NCBI GenBank assembly: GCA_964016885.1
Contig: OZ024754.1
Span: 36,022,001 to 36,086,000, forward strand
From: Eledone cirrhosa
Lineage: Eukaryota
Reading direction: 5' to 3'
Length of the DNA: 64,000 nucleotides
The notes below the pieces were generated by a model. It was not told the DNA's origin, did no database searches, and saw only the letters and a program-made list of their open reading frames with translations. Both the position numbers and the translations under genes were made by a program. This document shows, one piece after another, positions 60,676 through 64,000 of the stretch. Numbering within the stretch: the first letter of the stretch is position 1; every line of letters begins with the position of its first letter.

Positions 60676-60867
60676 TTTTAATATAGATGAGATTCTACAG
60701 GACTAGAACTGTTTCATTCTTTAGAAATCATCAGGAATTCCTGATGATTTCTAAAGAATGAAACAGTTCTAGTCCTGTAGAATCTCATCTATATTAAAAC
60801 TTTTATACTCTGCAATGTATTGAGTACCTTACTTACTGTGGTTACCTCCGATTCAACCCGGAATAAC

Positions 60868-60868
<1 letters not shown>
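60673..60868. mobile_element. Family C element: perfect 130-bp palindrome plus a 66-bp tail
   Basis: Palindrome 60673-60802 centred on GGAATTCC; (TA)n flanks. Confidence 0.85.
60737..60783 (+). ncRNA. Type-I hammerhead (mirror copy on the - strand at 60692-60738)
   Basis: Reads ATTC CTGATGA T TTCT AA AGAA T GAA ACAG TTCTAGTC CTGT A GAAT. Confidence 0.8.
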
Positions 60869-60904
<36 letters not shown>

Positions 60905-61284
60905 ATAAAAGAAAAACGAACACAGATATATACATATATGTGTTCAAATCGTAAGGGACCAGATTCGCTAAGCGGAAATATTTCTTTCTTAGAGCTATTT
61001 TGTTGTAAGAGACTATTTTGAGTTCCTAACTCAATATATACCTTCGATATATATATATATATATATATATTATTAAGTGTAATCAATTCTTTTACAATGG
61101 AATTAGCTCGAAGAAAGAAATATTTCTGAGCCGTGTATGGCAATGCAGTTCGTCTTTGTTGATTTATTATTTTAAATCGATATGGACAAACTGTAGTATT
61201 ATAATTAGTATACTTCATTCTGGCTAAATTTTCTTTTGCAATATAAATACAGATGTGTTGGTATTTGTGTTCCATCATATATAT

Positions 61285-61344
<60 letters not shown>

Positions 61345-61682
61345 AATATGGGTGAGAAGAATACTGCTGGTTGCACATGGATAACATGTTATAAAATGAG
61401 TCCCTCATCAGTGATTTACCAAACGATCATGGGTATTTCATCGCATTAAAAATCATATACCTCACGTTGGAGCGATAATAACTAAAATAAGTTATTAGGA
61501 CAATAGAAACGCGTAAAGCGAGTGAGACAAGTAAACAACACAGGGGGAAGCTAACCGAAGATGGAAATAAACACAAGCAACATAGTTATTCTTTCAGCAT
61601 AAGCTGTGTGAATATATGAGCGAGTCAGAAACAGACCTTTTGCTAGTGAATCCGGTGTTAGAAAGAAATATATATATATATG

Positions 61683-62085
61683 ATGGCTGCAAACTCTGCT
61701 AAGCGTACTACAATTGCTTAGAGGATTACAGAATATGGTGCACTTTTAGGCTACGGCCTGTCACACATACCTGTAACATATCCTGAACAAGCAGTGCCTG
61801 TGCTGTGAATGTTTTTTTTAAGTGGGGAAAGGCCTTGCACTCGACTAACCCCACTCTCTGAGGATCGAAAACACTACCCGAAAAGGAGAACTGGTCAACA
61901 TCATCGGATGCTTCCGAAGCCGCAGGTTTTTTTTCAGAGTTTCCCTCTCCTAGAAAAAAAAAAGGTACTATTTGGATGGCCTTTGACTCTGCTGAGTACC
62001 TTCGCCCTTTGCCGGCACTTCTATTTCATCCCAAGCTTGGTGGGGTTGCCAGTTTAGTCGCCGACGATCCGACCATGAGACAGGT

Positions 62086-62087
<2 letters not shown>
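61683..62087 (-). mobile_element. Dispersed repeat (putative 5' end of an RTE-like LINE)
   Basis: Similar to 37067-37447 and 15560-16112. Confidence 0.55.
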
Positions 62088-62133
<46 letters not shown>

Positions 62134-62136
<3 letters not shown>

Positions 62137-62600
62137 TATTTTCCGTTGTGTTGTAATATAAATATTACACACAGTAGATTATCAGCTCACGTAGAGTTTG
62201 CTCGACGGTTCCAGTTGTAGTTCCAAAAGTAATCCGGAGAAAAATAGAAAGATTTGAATGGATTTAGAAAAATAACCAATAATATATTCTATAAAAAATG
62301 TCAAAACAACAGATGGGAATCTAATTACTCACTGCCACCAAGAATTCTCACTGCTATCGAAAAACCACTCCTTCAACTATTCTTCTAACAACTTCACCCC
62401 TCCCTCCTAATATTCTCTATAAAAACTAAATAGGTCCTCAGTAATATTATTCTGATGAAATGACAGTAAATAATAACATTGAAATATTGAATGTCTGCAT
62501 AACTAAAAGTTTGTAGATAGCAGCTGTTTTAGGTTACGTAACTGTTATAGAAACACGTGTCAATAAATTCCTTTCAACTAAACTGTATCCATTCAAATCT

Positions 62601-62605
<5 letters not shown>
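62134..62605. mobile_element. Family K fold-back element, long copy with an HHR-like motif at 62448-62495 (+)
   Basis: Inverted 20-bp atagaaagatttgaatggat arms; CTGATGA AATG..CATT GAA ATAT..; downstream AATAAA; matches 13787-13959. Confidence 0.75.
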
Positions 62606-62686
<81 letters not shown>

Positions 62687-62688
<2 letters not shown>

Positions 62689-62877
62689 CGGAGGAAATGA
62701 GGTAAGGAACCAGGTGGACCATAACGCACCAAAGTACTCAATACTTAGAGTAGTAGAGTGGGTAATAGGAACGAGTAGGACCCCGACGGGTGAGCTCAAG
62801 CCGTTTCGACGGCTAATTCTGGACTCAGAATTAGCCATCGAAACGGCTTGAGATCAGCCGTCGGGGTCCTACTCGTT

Positions 62878-62881
<4 letters not shown>
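62687..62881. mobile_element. Family A fold-back element, copy 5
   Basis: As 13551-13754, but with the shorter hairpin centre ctggactcag. Confidence 0.85.
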
Positions 62882-62925
<44 letters not shown>

Positions 62926-62949
62926 CACACACCCACCCACACACACACA

Positions 62950-63018
<69 letters not shown>

Positions 63019-63761
63019 GTTAAAAATGTACATCCACATATGTATACTGAAATACTAGTATGCATATGAATACACACACGTATACATATGTAGATGTACC
63101 GAGTTTTTCACTGGTCACTTTACTGTGAGTGTCCAGCTATTCTGTATGTAAACACACAGACAAACCGGTTTTTAGAGTCATACTGGTTTTTGAGGAAACA
63201 CCTTTCCTCTATTCTCCATGCACGTACAAGCAGATGTATAAGATACAATCACACACACATTAATAAAATAACATAAGATCCTATCCCTATCCCAAACCAA
63301 ACCAAACCAAACCAAATCTGAAAAATTGTCTTACCAAACCGAATTGAACTGAACCTAACCACCATCATTATAAATAAAGAAACTTAGCCGAAGCTGAAGA
63401 ATGCCCCAAACGTTGCACCGACATCTATCTCATTTAATACGATATTTTAGTCCAGTCGCCATATTAATAACATTACACCAACCATTGATTATATTCCACC
63501 ACAGGCTAAAGCAGAATTGTCTAAAAAGCAGACGACAGCTCCGTGTTTAGAGATTATAGCAATTACCAATTTTACTAATGTCGTCTGCTTGATGTAGGCC
63601 GCCTGGCATTCTCATAAATAAATAACGCAGGACCAAGAATGATATTGTTTAGTGTCCAACCATAACCAAATGAAATTCCATCCCACAATTCATTGCAGTT
63701 TTTGTCATTTATTTTTTTCTTTCTTTTCAATTTTCGGTTGTCTTTTCTTGTTTTTTTTTTC

Positions 63762-64000
63762 TGTTGTAGTTGTTGTCGTTGTTGTTGTTGTTGCCATAGT
63801 AGTAGTTGTTGTAGTTGTTGTTATAGTAGTTGTTGTTGTTGTAGTTGTTGTTGTAGTTGTTGTTATCGTAGTTGTTGTTGTTGTTGTAGTTGTTGTTGTT
63901 GTAGTTGTTGTTGTTGTTGTTGTTGTAGTTGTTGTCGTAGTTGTTGTTATCGTAGTTGTAGTTGTTGTAGTTGTTGTTGTTGTAGTTGTTGTCGTAGTTG
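63762..64000. repeat. (GTT)n/(GTA)n tract
   Basis: Direct reading. Confidence 0.9.

Noticed and set aside
61340-61415. CTGATGA on the - strand in a TA-flanked island
   Set aside because: No GAAA at a compatible position.

Overview
This is eukaryotic non-coding DNA, extremely rich in microsatellites ((TA)n, (CA)n, (GA)n, (GAT)n, (GGT)n), with one assembly gap at 19650-19849. The SINE content and microsatellite density point to a coleoid cephalopod, probably an octopus (inference). No intact protein-coding gene is supported, and nearly all listed ORFs are translated simple repeats. Recognisable content includes many tRNA-type SINEs (one family with a Nin-like core), a Tc1/pogo-type MITE, RTE- and CRE-type LINE remnants, a possible Merlin transposase relic and several minisatellites. 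The main signal is about 10 unrelated families of short (100-650 bp) elements lodged inside (TA)n arrays. They carry type-I hammerhead ribozyme (HHR) folds on both strands and share one architecture: either partial tandem repeats, or fold-backs with a short arm ending at a fixed internal TA and a long arm carrying a 3' tail. This fits truncated or non-autonomous Penelope-like retroelement (PLE)/retrozyme insertions that target TA microsatellites. All folds were read by eye and element boundaries are approximate.
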